Notes: generated from the letters alone by a model not told the origin. Shown: positions 9,747-18,578, numbered from the stretch's first letter. The stretch: DNA of 64,000 bases from an uncultured Alphaproteobacteria bacterium (GCA_910584385.1 CAJUAK010000006.1:41546-105545); one strand, 5' to 3'. Numbers and translations are program-made.

Positions 9747-10458
9747 TCCTTCTATTATACTTGTTCATCCCCAATTAGCGGAAAACATCGGCATGGCGGC
9801 CAGAGCTATGATGAATTGCGGGCTGAGCGACATGCGGCTGATCATGCCGAGGGAAGACCACCTCTCAGCCAAGGCGGTTTCGGCATCTTCAAACGCAGAA
9901 GAAATTTTATATAACGCTAAAGTTTATCCCTCCACCGAGGACGCCATCGCCGACCTGCAGTTTGTCTTAGCGACAACCGCCCGGCACAGAGACCAGACCA
10001 AAATGGTTTATAACGCAGACAAAGCTGCAGCGCTTTGCGCGGAAAAATCCCTCTCCGGGATAAGATGCGGCATATTATTCGGCCCGGAACGCACCGGGCT
10101 TCATAATGAGGATGTTTGTAAGGCCGATGCCGTTATTAATATTCCCCTTAACCCCAAACATTGCTCGCTTAATTTGTCGCAAGCCGTTTTGCTGGTTGGC
10201 TATGAGTTTTATAAAACCCAAATCGACGCCAAAGCGGAAGAATTTGTTACCAACCACACCCACCCCGCCAACAAGGAAAAAGTATTCGGCTTTTTGGCAT
10301 TTTTAGAAAAAGAGCTTGCCGAATGCGGCAATTACAAAGAAGGCGAAAAAAGGGAAAAAACACTCATCAACTTAAGAAATATTTTTACGCGAAACCCGTT
10401 AACCGAACAGGAAATAAATACGCTTTACGGTGTCGTAAATTATATTAAGCGCTCTTAA
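9736..10458 (+). CDS. trmJ: tRNA (cytidine/uridine-2'-O)-methyltransferase, SPOUT class
   Basis: 240 aa with clear similarity to TrmJ (IILVHPQLAENIGMAARAM, ILFGPERTGL, SLNLSQAV). Confidence 0.75.
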   Translation: MSNNPSIILVHPQLAENIGMAARAMMNCGLSDMRLIMPREDHLSAKAVSASSNAEEILYNAKVYPSTEDAIADLQFVLATTARHRDQTKMVYNADKAAALCAEKSLSGIRCGILFGPERTGLHNEDVCKADAVINIPLNPKHCSLNLSQAVLLVGYEFYKTQIDAKAEEFVTNHTHPANKEKVFGFLAFLEKELAECGNYKEGEKREKTLINLRNIFTRNPLTEQEINTLYGVVNYIKRS

Positions 10459-10493
10459 ATATTATATTAATTTCAACCGAAAAGGACATCATA

Positions 10494-11789
10494 ATGCTCT
10501 TAGCCTCTTTGATTTTAATAATCTGCTATTTGATTTTATTCACGGAAAAACTTAACCGGGCTGTTGTTGTCCTGGTTGGCGCCTGCATTATGATTTTTGC
10601 CGGCGTCATGACGCAGAAGCAGGCTTTTGACGGCATTGACTTTAACACGCTTGCCTTGCTTATCGGCATGATGATTATCGTCGGAATTGCTGAAAAATCC
10701 GGCATGTTTCAATATGCTGCCGTCAAAACGGCAAAAACAGTTAAGGCAAATCCCCGGCTTTTGCTTATGTCTTTGGCTGTTGTAACGGCTGTTTTCTCTG
10801 CACTTTTAGATAATGTTACCACGGTTTTATTAATTGTTCCGGTTACGTTTCAAATTGCAAAAAAATTAAAAATACAGCCCTATCCTTATCTTTTGGCCGA
10901 AATTTTTGCTTCCAACATCGGCGGAACGGCAACATTAATCGGCGACCCGCCGAACATTCTTATCGGCTCGGCACTTGAATTGTCTTTCATGGACTTTGTA
11001 TACGAGCTGACCCCGGTTGTTTCGCTTACAATGTTAACCCTTATTTTTGTTTTTGATTTTGCCTACGGGAAAAGGCTTTTTGCCAACCCCGAAGACAAGG
11101 CTTCAATCTTGCAAATGGATGAAAAAACATGCATCACAGATAAAAATCTGCTTATAAAATCCTTGACTGTTTTAACCTTGGTTATTGCCGGTTTTATTGC
11201 TGCAGAACATTTGCACATCGCTAATGGTACAATCGCCATATTTGGCGCAGCGGTTATGATGTGGCTTTATAGTTTCAATAATCCGCACCAAGAACGGGAA
11301 CATAAGGTTGAGCAGGCTTTTTCCCTCGTAGACTGGACGACAATATTCTTTTTTGCCGGGCTTTTTGCCTTGGTTTACGGATTGGAAATTTCCGGCGTTT
11401 TAGAAATGCTTGGGCATAAATTTGCCGAATATAGCGCGGGTTCTATTGAAAAAGCGGCAATGTCCGTTTTATGGATTTCTGCGATTATATCGACAGCCAT
11501 CGATAACATCCCTTTTGTGGCAACAATGATTCCCATGCTAAAATCTATGGAACCGGCAATGGGCGGGCGAGAAGCCATGATGCCCGTCTGGTGGGCACTT
11601 TCCCTTGGCGCCTGCTTTGGCGGAAACGGTTCTTTAATCGCAGCTTCGGCCAATGTTATTGTTGCCGGCATCGCCCAAAAAGAAAACCATCCGATAAGTT
11701 TTGTAAAGTTTCTAGCATGGTCGCTGCCGGTTATGCTCGGCTCGGTGGCAATTGCTGCAATTTATCTGCATTTTCGTTACTTTAATTAA
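10494..11789 (+). CDS. ArsB/NhaD-superfamily anion permease (YbiR/CitMHS-like), paralog 1
   Basis: 431 aa with ~11 TM helices and family motifs LLDNVTTVLLIVPV and ASNIGGTATLIGDPPNILI. Confidence 0.75.
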   Translation: MLLASLILIICYLILFTEKLNRAVVVLVGACIMIFAGVMTQKQAFDGIDFNTLALLIGMMIIVGIAEKSGMFQYAAVKTAKTVKANPRLLLMSLAVVTAVFSALLDNVTTVLLIVPVTFQIAKKLKIQPYPYLLAEIFASNIGGTATLIGDPPNILIGSALELSFMDFVYELTPVVSLTMLTLIFVFDFAYGKRLFANPEDKASILQMDEKTCITDKNLLIKSLTVLTLVIAGFIAAEHLHIANGTIAIFGAAVMMWLYSFNNPHQEREHKVEQAFSLVDWTTIFFFAGLFALVYGLEISGVLEMLGHKFAEYSAGSIEKAAMSVLWISAIISTAIDNIPFVATMIPMLKSMEPAMGGREAMMPVWWALSLGACFGGNGSLIAASANVIVAGIAQKENHPISFVKFLAWSLPVMLGSVAIAAIYLHFRYFN

Positions 11790-11847
11790 GAGTTTATTAG
11801 CCTTTATTGTTATATTTTTGCATTGAACTTAACAATTAAGGTGAAAT

Positions 11848-13149
11848 ATGAATCCACAAATTTTAGCGACAGCAATTGTTTTAATTGCTTATCTGGTCTT
11901 ATTTACCGAGAAAATGAATCGTGCCGTGGTTGCGCTTCTTGCTGCTGCGGTTATGATTTTTGCAGGTATATTTGATCAAAAAACGGCCTTTATGGGCATT
12001 GATTTTAACACCCTTGCTTTGCTTATCGGCATGATGACGATTGTGGGCATCTGTGAGAAGTCCGGCATGTTCCAGTTTGTTGCCATCTGGTCAGCAAAAA
12101 AAGTAAAAGCAAATCCTCGGGGCATTTTGATTATTTTGGCATTAGTTACCGCCGTCTTTTCTGCTTTTCTGGACAATGTTACGACAGTTTTGTTAATTGT
12201 TCCCGTTACTTTCCAGATTACAGAAAGGTTAAAGATTAACCCCTACCCTTATTTGCTGGCGGAAATTTTTGCCTCGAACATCGGCGGAACAGCCACGCTG
12301 ATTGGCGATCCTCCAAACATTCTTATCGGATCTGCCTTGAATTTATCTTTCACGGATTTTCTCTTTGAGTTAACACCAATTGTTTCGATCATTATGGTTG
12401 TTTTGATTATTACCTTTGACTTTTTCTGGGGACGCCATTTGCAGGCTGACCTTAACGGGAAAAAGCAGGTTATCCGCATGCGTGAAAAGAATTGCATCAA
12501 AGACAAGGTCTTGTTGGCTAAATGCTTGGGCGTTCTTGGCGCTGTTATTATCGGTTTTGTCTGCGCAGAGCATCTGCATATTGCCAACGGCACAATCGCC
12601 ATGTTTGGCGCGGCTGTTTTGCTCCTGCTTTATACTTTTGGCGATAAGCACAGCGAACGCGACCAAAAAGTCGAGGCGATTTTGGGGCATGTCGACTGGA
12701 CAACGATTTTCTTCTTCTCCGGTTTGTTTGTTATTGTGTACGGATTGGAAGAAACCGGCGTTTTAAGCATGCTGGCCGGCAAAATGGTTGAAATGACGGA
12801 AGGGTCAATTGAAAAAACAGCATTGCTCGTTATGTGGAGTTCTGCACTTTTCTCCTCTGCCATCGATAACATTCCTTTTGTTGCCACGATGATTCCGATG
12901 ATTAAATCAATGGAAGAAGCGATGGGCGGCAGAGAAGTTATGATGCCTGTTTGGTGGGCACTTTCTCTTGGCGCCTGCCTCGGCGGCAACGGAACATTGA
13001 TTGGCGCTTCGGCCAACGTTATTGTTGCCGGAATGGCACAAAGGGAAGGACATCCGATTAGTTTCGGCGGCTTCCTGCTTTGGTCCATTCCTGTTATGCT
13101 GGTATCTGTTTTAATTGCAACGGCATTTTTGTACGTTCAATATTTCTAA
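11848..13149 (+). CDS. ArsB/NhaD-superfamily anion permease, paralog 2 (tandem duplicate)
   Basis: 433 aa, collinear with paralog 1 and roughly two-thirds identical to it. Same motifs. Confidence 0.75.
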   Translation: MNPQILATAIVLIAYLVLFTEKMNRAVVALLAAAVMIFAGIFDQKTAFMGIDFNTLALLIGMMTIVGICEKSGMFQFVAIWSAKKVKANPRGILIILALVTAVFSAFLDNVTTVLLIVPVTFQITERLKINPYPYLLAEIFASNIGGTATLIGDPPNILIGSALNLSFTDFLFELTPIVSIIMVVLIITFDFFWGRHLQADLNGKKQVIRMREKNCIKDKVLLAKCLGVLGAVIIGFVCAEHLHIANGTIAMFGAAVLLLLYTFGDKHSERDQKVEAILGHVDWTTIFFFSGLFVIVYGLEETGVLSMLAGKMVEMTEGSIEKTALLVMWSSALFSSAIDNIPFVATMIPMIKSMEEAMGGREVMMPVWWALSLGACLGGNGTLIGASANVIVAGMAQREGHPISFGGFLLWSIPVMLVSVLIATAFLYVQYF

Positions 13150-13161
13150 TACCTAAAGCTT

Positions 13162-13196
13162 AAAACATCCCCGGCGCTTCCGGGGATGTTTTTTTT
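13162..13196 (+). terminator. rho-independent terminator
   Basis: ACATCCCCGG-CGCTT-CCGGGGATGT hairpin followed by TTTTTTT. Confidence 0.7.
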
Positions 13197-13234
13197 ATGG
13201 CTTGGTTAAAATACCCGGTTATTTTTATTTATGC

Positions 13235-13263
13235 TTGACAGCGAATTAAAAATATCGTTATAT
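13235..13263 (+). promoter_or_regulatory. sigma70-like promoter TTGACA-N17-TTATAT
   Basis: TTGACA at 13235-13240 and -10 TTATAT at 13258-13263, upstream of the RcnR-family gene. Confidence 0.45.
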
Positions 13264-13286
13264 AGGGTATAGGGGTATATACTATA
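13259..13286 (+). promoter_or_regulatory. candidate RcnR/DmeR-type operator (G-tract flanked by AT-rich inverted repeats)
   Basis: TATATAGGGTATAGGGGTATATACTATA contains ATAG-GGGTATATA-CTAT and a direct TATAGGG repeat. It overlaps the -10 and the likely transcription start. This resembles the E. coli RcnR site, TACT-G6-N-AGTA. Confidence 0.3.
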
Positions 13287-13296
13287 AGGAGGGAAG

Positions 13297-13575
13297 ATGA
13301 GTTTTTGCTGTTCGGAAGAAAATAAAAAACGTTTGGAAACACGCCTAAACCGCATTGAGGGGCAAGTGCGCGGCATACATAAAATGATTAGCGATGAAAG
13401 AGAATGTATTGAAATCCTTAACCAGATTGTCTCGACTCAGGCCGCATTAAAGGGCGTTTGGAAAGAAGTTGTCCGCGGACACCTCACCCACTGCATTTCC
13501 CATGCAATGGAAGCCCATAAAAATAGTGATGAATTGATTGACGAGTTAGTAGAACATATTGAAAAATTAAAATAA
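13297..13575 (+). CDS. CsoR/RcnR/FrmR-family metal-sensing transcriptional repressor (DmeR-like)
   Basis: 92 aa with the family signature LNRIEGQVRGIHKMI and conserved Cys/His ligand positions (ECIEIL, HLTHCISH). Confidence 0.8.
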   Translation: MSFCCSEENKKRLETRLNRIEGQVRGIHKMISDERECIEILNQIVSTQAALKGVWKEVVRGHLTHCISHAMEAHKNSDELIDELVEHIEKLK

Positions 13576-13585
13576 GGAAGAAATT

Positions 13586-14218
13586 ATGGATAATAATATT
13601 TTGAAATTTAAAACAGGATTGGTCATTATCGTTACGCTGATTACAATGGCCGCGGAAATTATTTTCGGATTGTTAACACACTCCATGGCTCTTACGGCAG
13701 ACGGATTTCACATGGGCACACATGCGGTTGCTTTATCAATCACTTATGCTGTTTGCGTGGTTATTTCCAGATTTCAGGATAAAGAAGAAAAACTTAACGC
13801 CCTTGGCGGTTATACCAGCGCCATCCTTTTAGGGTTAACAGCGATTGGCATTATTTGGGAATCTGTCGAAAGCTTCATTAATCCCAAAAGCATTTCATTT
13901 AATGAGGCGATTTTGGTTACTGTTCTTGGCTTAATTGTTAACCTTGTCTGCCTGCTCATTATGAAAGATAACCACTGCCATGATTTATGCCATCAGCATA
14001 AGCATGAACATCATCACGAAAATCTGAATTTTAAGGCGGCTTACATGCATATTCTGGCTGATGCCCTAACCTCGATTATGGCAATCGCGGCTTTGCTGAT
14101 GGGCAAATATTTCGGCCTTGTCTTTTTTGATCCGCTTATCGGCGTGGTTGGCGGCTTGATTATTTTGAATTGGGCCGGAAACTTAATTAAATCGTCATTT
14201 AATATTTTACTCAAATAA
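13586..14218 (+). CDS. cation diffusion facilitator (CDF) metal efflux protein lacking the cytoplasmic C-terminal domain (DmeF-like)
   Basis: 210 aa with six TM helices, the CDF TM2 motif SMALTADGFHMGTHA, and a His-rich loop HCHDLCHQHKHEHHHEN. The ORF stops directly before a terminator, so no C-terminal domain is encoded. Confidence 0.7.
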   Translation: MDNNILKFKTGLVIIVTLITMAAEIIFGLLTHSMALTADGFHMGTHAVALSITYAVCVVISRFQDKEEKLNALGGYTSAILLGLTAIGIIWESVESFINPKSISFNEAILVTVLGLIVNLVCLLIMKDNHCHDLCHQHKHEHHHENLNFKAAYMHILADALTSIMAIAALLMGKYFGLVFFDPLIGVVGGLIILNWAGNLIKSSFNILLK

Positions 14219-14223
14219 ACTTA

Positions 14224-14251
14224 GCCCCGCCTTAAAAAAGGCGGGGTTTTT
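14224..14251 (+). terminator. rho-independent terminator
   Basis: CCCCGCC-TTAAAAAA-GGCGGGG hairpin followed by TTTTTGTTTT. Confidence 0.7.
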
Positions 14252-14336
14252 GTTTTATCTTATCAATAAAATAAATATTGACTTAGAGTATGCTCGAAGG
14301 TGTATTATTAATAAAAGGGATGCAAAGGAGGCAAGC

Positions 14337-14828
14337 ATGAAAAAGGAACATGTTTTTTATTATAAGTTTAAAAAACTCAATGGCTGGCTCTGTTTTAACG
14401 CCATTTTTGGCGTTTTGCTCGTTTATGCCTGCTTTTGCTGTCCATATATGATTTTTTGGCGGCAGATGCATGTTTTATGGGGCTGTTTTCTTTTTTCATC
14501 GGCACTCTGGTGTTACAAGCACTTTTGCAAACAGCGCCTCGCCGTCATTACGGATGAATTTATCAAAATTGACCACTGTGCACCGCTTTATTGGAATGAT
14601 ATTGTCAAAGCCGAAGAAAGGAACGTGCGCTGCTGCTTTAAAAAATTAAGGGTTATTGTGCTGTTATCCCGCCAGCCATTTGATGATTACCCTTTTAATT
14701 TTCTTCAAAAGCATAATGGCGAATTCACACCTTTTTCCATCCCGCTTTATGACATTGTTTCCGATGCGGATATCAAAAAGATTAGACGCCTTATCTCCAA
14801 GCATGTCAAAATAGATAAAGCCTCATAA
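14337..14828 (+). CDS. hypothetical small membrane protein
   Basis: The ORF from 14250 overlaps the terminator. The ATG at 14337 is preceded by the RBS AAAGGAGG and is the likely start. About 163 aa with two TM helices near the N-terminus and many Cys and Trp residues. No family recognised. Confidence 0.45.
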   Translation: MKKEHVFYYKFKKLNGWLCFNAIFGVLLVYACFCCPYMIFWRQMHVLWGCFLFSSALWCYKHFCKQRLAVITDEFIKIDHCAPLYWNDIVKAEERNVRCCFKKLRVIVLLSRQPFDDYPFNFLQKHNGEFTPFSIPLYDIVSDADIKKIRRLISKHVKIDKAS

Positions 14829-14905
14829 AAACCAATTGCTTTTTTCAGAGAGATTTGCTAGTGTTTGAAGTAATCTTCAATTAGTATGTCTCAATATAAT
14901 TTTAT

Positions 14906-15313
14906 ATGGAAAAAGAAAAACTTTTAAAACAAGCCCATGCCTATTTTATGGCCTTGGAAGGGAAAATCCCTGAGGAAAACGGTTATCCCGCTTTTTGTGT
15001 TAGCGGCTTTGCAGAGATTACCTTTGCAGTTGACAACAATACCTTGGAAGCGTTTAAGCTTTATAGGAAAAAAGACGAACAAAAGGATTATGCAATACTG
15101 CTGTTGTTAGGCGCAATATTACTTGCTTCCGGCTTTTTCCTTTTTCAGGACGAGATTCGCAACAGCTTCCGCGCCCTTTTTATCGGTATCTTGCCGGTTT
15201 TGGCTTGCATATGTTTTTATGCTTACCAAAAACATAAATTAAAAAAGCTGTTTAAGGGCAAGATTATCCGTTTCCGCTGCTGGGATTCAACTATAGAGTG
15301 CCGCAGGTTCTAA
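14906..15313 (+). CDS. hypothetical small membrane protein
   Basis: 135 aa with central TM helices. No family recognised. Confidence 0.45.
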   Translation: MEKEKLLKQAHAYFMALEGKIPEENGYPAFCVSGFAEITFAVDNNTLEAFKLYRKKDEQKDYAILLLLGAILLASGFFLFQDEIRNSFRALFIGILPVLACICFYAYQKHKLKKLFKGKIIRFRCWDSTIECRRF

Positions 15314-15329
15314 CGGATGTTTTTCTAAC

Positions 15330-15365
15330 AAAAAGCCTTGTATCTTTCGATACAAGGCTTTTTGT
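15330..15365. terminator. bidirectional terminator
   Basis: AAAGCCTTGTATC-TTTC-GATACAAGGCTTT hairpin flanked by A and T runs, between convergent genes. Confidence 0.6.
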
Positions 15366-15384
15366 TAAAGGTTGGAATCTTCTC

Positions 15385-15876
15385 TTACTTACGGTATGTG
15401 ATTTTACCGGTGTATGAGTTCGGTTTGATTTTGGCGCCGTTATGTTTCGGATCGCCGAAGAAAACGAACTCGCAGAATTTTCCTTTTTTTGTTTGTCCCT
15501 GCAACCATACAGTTTGTTCGCCATCAGAAACGATGCGAACCTTCCCGGCAGAATTTTTCCATAAAGAGAAACCGGCGGGGAGCGTGTAGACGAAGCTGTC
15601 TCCGTTGGGATAGCTGAAAGCTACCTCGATGGGCTTGGCAGAGGAATTTTTTTCGTCATATGTTACGACGACTTTTGAAGCGGCGGCAGCTGTCGGGGCA
15701 TTGTAGTAGTTGTATTTGCGCAACTCTTTGGCCTCGAGAGCCTTGGTCTGGTGCTGCGGCAGGTAAACCTCTTCTACTGGTGTGTTCTCGGCGGGAGCTG
15801 CGGGAGCTTCTTCCTGTTTGTTTGCGCATGCGGTAAAAAGACCGGCAATCGCGCAGAGTAAAATAATTTTTTTCAT
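15385..15876 (-). CDS. hypothetical lipoprotein
   Basis: 163 aa with a signal peptide and lipobox (LFTAC), followed by a Pro/Ala-rich linker. Confidence 0.6.
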   Translation of the reverse strand: MKKIILLCAIAGLFTACANKQEEAPAAPAENTPVEEVYLPQHQTKALEAKELRKYNYYNAPTAAAASKVVVTYDEKNSSAKPIEVAFSYPNGDSFVYTLPAGFSLWKNSAGKVRIVSDGEQTVWLQGQTKKGKFCEFVFFGDPKHNGAKIKPNSYTGKITYRK

Positions 15877-15964
15877 GATTTTGAAAATTTAAAATAAGAA
15901 AATAGTGTAATAGGTGTATGCATTACTTTTTAATAAAAAATTATTTATTTGTCAAGCTTTTTCG

Positions 15965-16459
15965 CTAAAAAAATGGATTATATGCCCATTGCAATAATGC
16001 CTGGCGCTGCCTTTTCCGACAATCCATGTCAAGCATGGCACAATTTTGTTCTATTTGTGCCTTATGCCTTTTAAATGCTCTCCAGCGCTTTATTTGTATT
16101 TCATCTATCTTGGGAAGGCGGCGTCCCATATAATAACGGCAATACCATTGAAACCAGCCGCGTACATCCGGCCCGTAAATCCACCCTTTCTGCCGCCAGA
16201 CTTTTAACGGCTGCCGCGACTTTATCTGAAAACAATTACAATAAATATCCGGCGCATCTGCCGATAACTTTGCATTTTCAAACCATTCTTTGGGATATTC
16301 GCCCTGGCAATCGTTTAAATAATGCCCTTCAAAAACGCCTAGTTCAAGCATTTCTTTTGGCGTTAATTCCGGTTCAAAGCCATCATAAAACACATCCCCT
16401 ATTGCTGCGGAATATTCGTAGAGATATCCCTTTTGCATTTTGTCATTTACATAAATCAT
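15965..16459 (-). CDS. hypothetical cytoplasmic protein, rich in Trp, Tyr, Arg and Cys
   Basis: 164-aa ORF with the motif GWFQWYCRYYMGRR. No family recognised. Confidence 0.5.
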   Translation of the reverse strand: MIYVNDKMQKGYLYEYSAAIGDVFYDGFEPELTPKEMLELGVFEGHYLNDCQGEYPKEWFENAKLSADAPDIYCNCFQIKSRQPLKVWRQKGWIYGPDVRGWFQWYCRYYMGRRLPKIDEIQIKRWRAFKRHKAQIEQNCAMLDMDCRKRQRQALLQWAYNPFF

Positions 16460-16593
16460 CTTTTTTCCTTATTGCTTTATAAATAGATAAGATGATTTTT
16501 TTCTTTATCAATTGGGGCTAAATAACTGCGCCTTTTGCGGTAAAAACAACCGTTACTTCGGTTGTTTTTATCCTCAAGCCTCCTCCTTCTTAC

Positions 16594-16627
16594 AGAAGCC
16601 GGAGCTTCAAATCCTGTCCCGCTGACA
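16594..16627 (+). other. degenerate inverted copy of the 3' half of tRNA-Pro (pseudo-tRNA fragment)
   Basis: AGAAGCCGGAGCTTCAAATCCTGTCCCGCTGACA aligns with the tRNA-Pro T-arm and acceptor 3' end, AGAAGTCGGAGGTTCAAATCCTCTCGTCCCGACCA. It is in the opposite orientation, 36 nt downstream of the tRNA's 3' end. Confidence 0.5.
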
Positions 16628-16630
16628 ATA

Positions 16631-16660
16631 AAAAAAGAGTGGATCTACCACTCTTTTTTT
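16631..16660. terminator. hairpin terminator downstream of tRNA-Pro
   Basis: AAAAAAGAGTGG-ATCTA-CCACTCTTTTTTT. A second hairpin, AACAACCG-TTACTT-CGGTTGTT followed by a T-run, lies at 16540-16570. Confidence 0.6.
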
Positions 16661-16662
16661 AT

Positions 16663-16739
16663 TGGTCGGGACGAGAGGATTTGAACCTCCGACTTCTTGC
16701 ACCCCATGCAAGCGCTCTACCAGACTGAACTACGTCCCG
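16663..16739 (-). tRNA. tRNA-Pro (anticodon GGG)
   Basis: Reverse complement is CGGGACGTAGTTCAGTCTGGTAGAGCGCTTGCATGGGGTGCAAGAAGTCGGAGGTTCAAATCCTCTCGTCCCGACCA. It folds as a cloverleaf with a 7-nt anticodon loop AUGGGGU and an encoded CCA. Confidence 0.9.
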
Positions 16740-16798
16740 TCAGAAATCTGCCTTTATCGACCACAGTTCTAACATAATAATTTTGAGAGTCAATAGTT

Positions 16799-17203
16799 TT
16801 ATCCAACCTTTTTTATAACAGCTTCCAAATTTTCCTTCAAAATTTTTAATTCGCCTTGAATAGAATTAAGAATCCTGCGGCCGGCTTCATCAACCTCTTC
16901 CGGTATGGTTTCTTCAAAAAAATCTTTTTGAATCTCCTCGCCCAGAATCGACTTAAGCCCTTTTTCCTTAAACAGTTTCTGAACGCCTTCTATCGTTAAG
17001 CGCTTTTCATAGAGCAATTCTTTTATTTTTTTGATAATTTCAACATCATCCGGGCGATAATAACGGCGGCCGCCATTCCTTTTCATCGGTTTAATTTGAG
17101 AAAATTTTGTTTCCCAAAAACGTAAAACATGGGTTGCAACGCCGATTTCATCGGCGAGTTCTGCAATCGTGCGAAACGCTGCTTTGCTCTTGTTGACAAC
17201 CAT
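16799..17203 (-). CDS. MerR-family transcriptional regulator
   Basis: 134 aa with an N-terminal MerR helix-turn-helix ([24 protein letters not shown]) and a coiled-coil C-terminus. Sits in the conserved ihfA-merR-tRNAPro position. Confidence 0.8.
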   Translation of the reverse strand: MVVNKSKAAFRTIAELADEIGVATHVLRFWETKFSQIKPMKRNGGRRYYRPDDVEIIKKIKELLYEKRLTIEGVQKLFKEKGLKSILGEEIQKDFFEETIPEEVDEAGRRILNSIQGELKILKENLEAVIKKVG

Positions 17204-17215
17204 GTTTAACGCCTA

Positions 17216-17500
17216 TTAAAGATTTATGCCTTTGCGCATTGTTTGAGAGGGTTTAAAAGAAATAACGCGGCGGGAAGAAATGACAGCCTCTACGCCTGTT
17301 TTAGGATTGCGCCCTGTCCTCGCCTTCTTATCACGCAAGGAGAAAGTGCCAAATGAAGATAATTTAACATCATTCCCTTTGCTCAACTCTTGCACGATTT
17401 CATCTAAAATCATATCCAGAATATCATTGGAATCCTTTCTGGAAAGTCCGATTTCTCTATAAATAAATTCAGCAACATCTGCGCGGGTTATTGTTTTCAT
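17216..17500 (-). CDS. ihfA: integration host factor alpha subunit
   Basis: 94 aa with a DNABII fold signature (GRNPKTGVEAVISSRRVISFKPS). Confidence 0.9.
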   Translation of the reverse strand: MKTITRADVAEFIYREIGLSRKDSNDILDMILDEIVQELSKGNDVKLSSFGTFSLRDKKARTGRNPKTGVEAVISSRRVISFKPSQTMRKGINL

Positions 17501-17600
17501 TTCTCTACCTTATTCAAAAATTATTTTTCAGTCCATGCTTGCAGAGATATATCAAATACTATGCCCTGACAAGTTCCTTTAATTAATTTTCACAGTTTTT

Positions 17601-18578
17601 TTAAACTCTGATAACAGCGCCGCCCCAAGTAAAGCCGGCACCCATCGCGGTCAAGACAACCAAATCGCCTTTTTTAATCTTTCCGCTGCACATATTCTCT
17701 GAAAAAGCCAAAGGAATAGATGCGGCAGACGTATTGCCATGGTTATTTACCGTTACAATAACCTTTTCCTCAGGCAAATCTAATTTTTGTCCGACTCCGT
17801 TAATAATACGGATATTTGCCTGGTGCGGAATCAGCCAGTCTATATTTTCTGATTTTATGTTTGCCATTTCCATAACGGTTTCAGCAGCTTCATGCAGTGA
17901 GTTTATTGCATATTTAAATACTTCTTTGCCGTCCATTTGGATGAATCCCGGATTTTGCGTAGAAGATACGCCGCCTGTTGTTTTCAGGGAATCGTAATGC
18001 GAACCGTCAGAATAAATTTTTGTTGCCAAAACACCCGTATCTGACGCATCTCCACGCCCTTCCCCGGCACGCAAAACAATCGCGCCGGCACCGTCTCCGA
18101 ATAAGACACAAGTATTGCGGTCTGTCCAGTCCACAATTTTAGACAAGCTTTCAGCCCCGATAACCAAAGCCGTTTTTACCTGTCCCAGGCGAATCATATT
18201 ATCGGCCATTGTCAAAGCATATACAAAACCGGAACATGCCGCAGCTATATCAAATGCCGGAGCTCCGGCTTTAATGCCTAACCGCCCGCCAAGCCTCATC
18301 GCAACAGCCGGCGTTGTGTTATCCGGCGTTACGCTGGCAACAATGATTAATTCAATTTCTGAAGCAGAAAGTCCCGCTGTTTTCAAAGCGTTTTGCGCGG
18401 CGGCAAATGCCATATCGGATGTTAGTTCGTTTTCCACAATATGGCGCTGCTTAATCCCAGTACGGGTGCTGATCCATTCATCATTTGTTTCAACCATCTT
18501 TGCCAAATCATCATTGGTAAGGACTTTGGCCGGCAGATAATGCCCATAGCCGATAACTTCAGATCTAATAAGAGTCAT
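17601..18578 (-). CDS. fabH: 3-oxoacyl-ACP synthase III
   Basis: 325 aa with the active-site Cys context AACSGFVYAL and HQANIRI. Confidence 0.9.
   Translation of the reverse strand: MTLIRSEVIGYGHYLPAKVLTNDDLAKMVETNDEWISTRTGIKQRHIVENELTSDMAFAAAQNALKTAGLSASEIELIIVASVTPDNTTPAVAMRLGGRLGIKAGAPAFDIAAACSGFVYALTMADNMIRLGQVKTALVIGAESLSKIVDWTDRNTCVLFGDGAGAIVLRAGEGRGDASDTGVLATKIYSDGSHYDSLKTTGGVSSTQNPGFIQMDGKEVFKYAINSLHEAAETVMEMANIKSENIDWLIPHQANIRIINGVGQKLDLPEEKVIVTVNNHGNTSAASIPLAFSENMCSGKIKKGDLVVLTAMGAGFTWGGAVIRV

Noticed and set aside
11375-11671. 98-aa antisense ORF inside ArsB/NhaD paralog 1. A similar 152-aa antisense ORF (12630-13088) lies in paralog 2, and the two antisense ORFs resemble each other.
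   Set aside because: Their mutual similarity is a by-product of the sense-strand paralogy. Both are fully embedded in well-supported permease genes. There are no independent signals.
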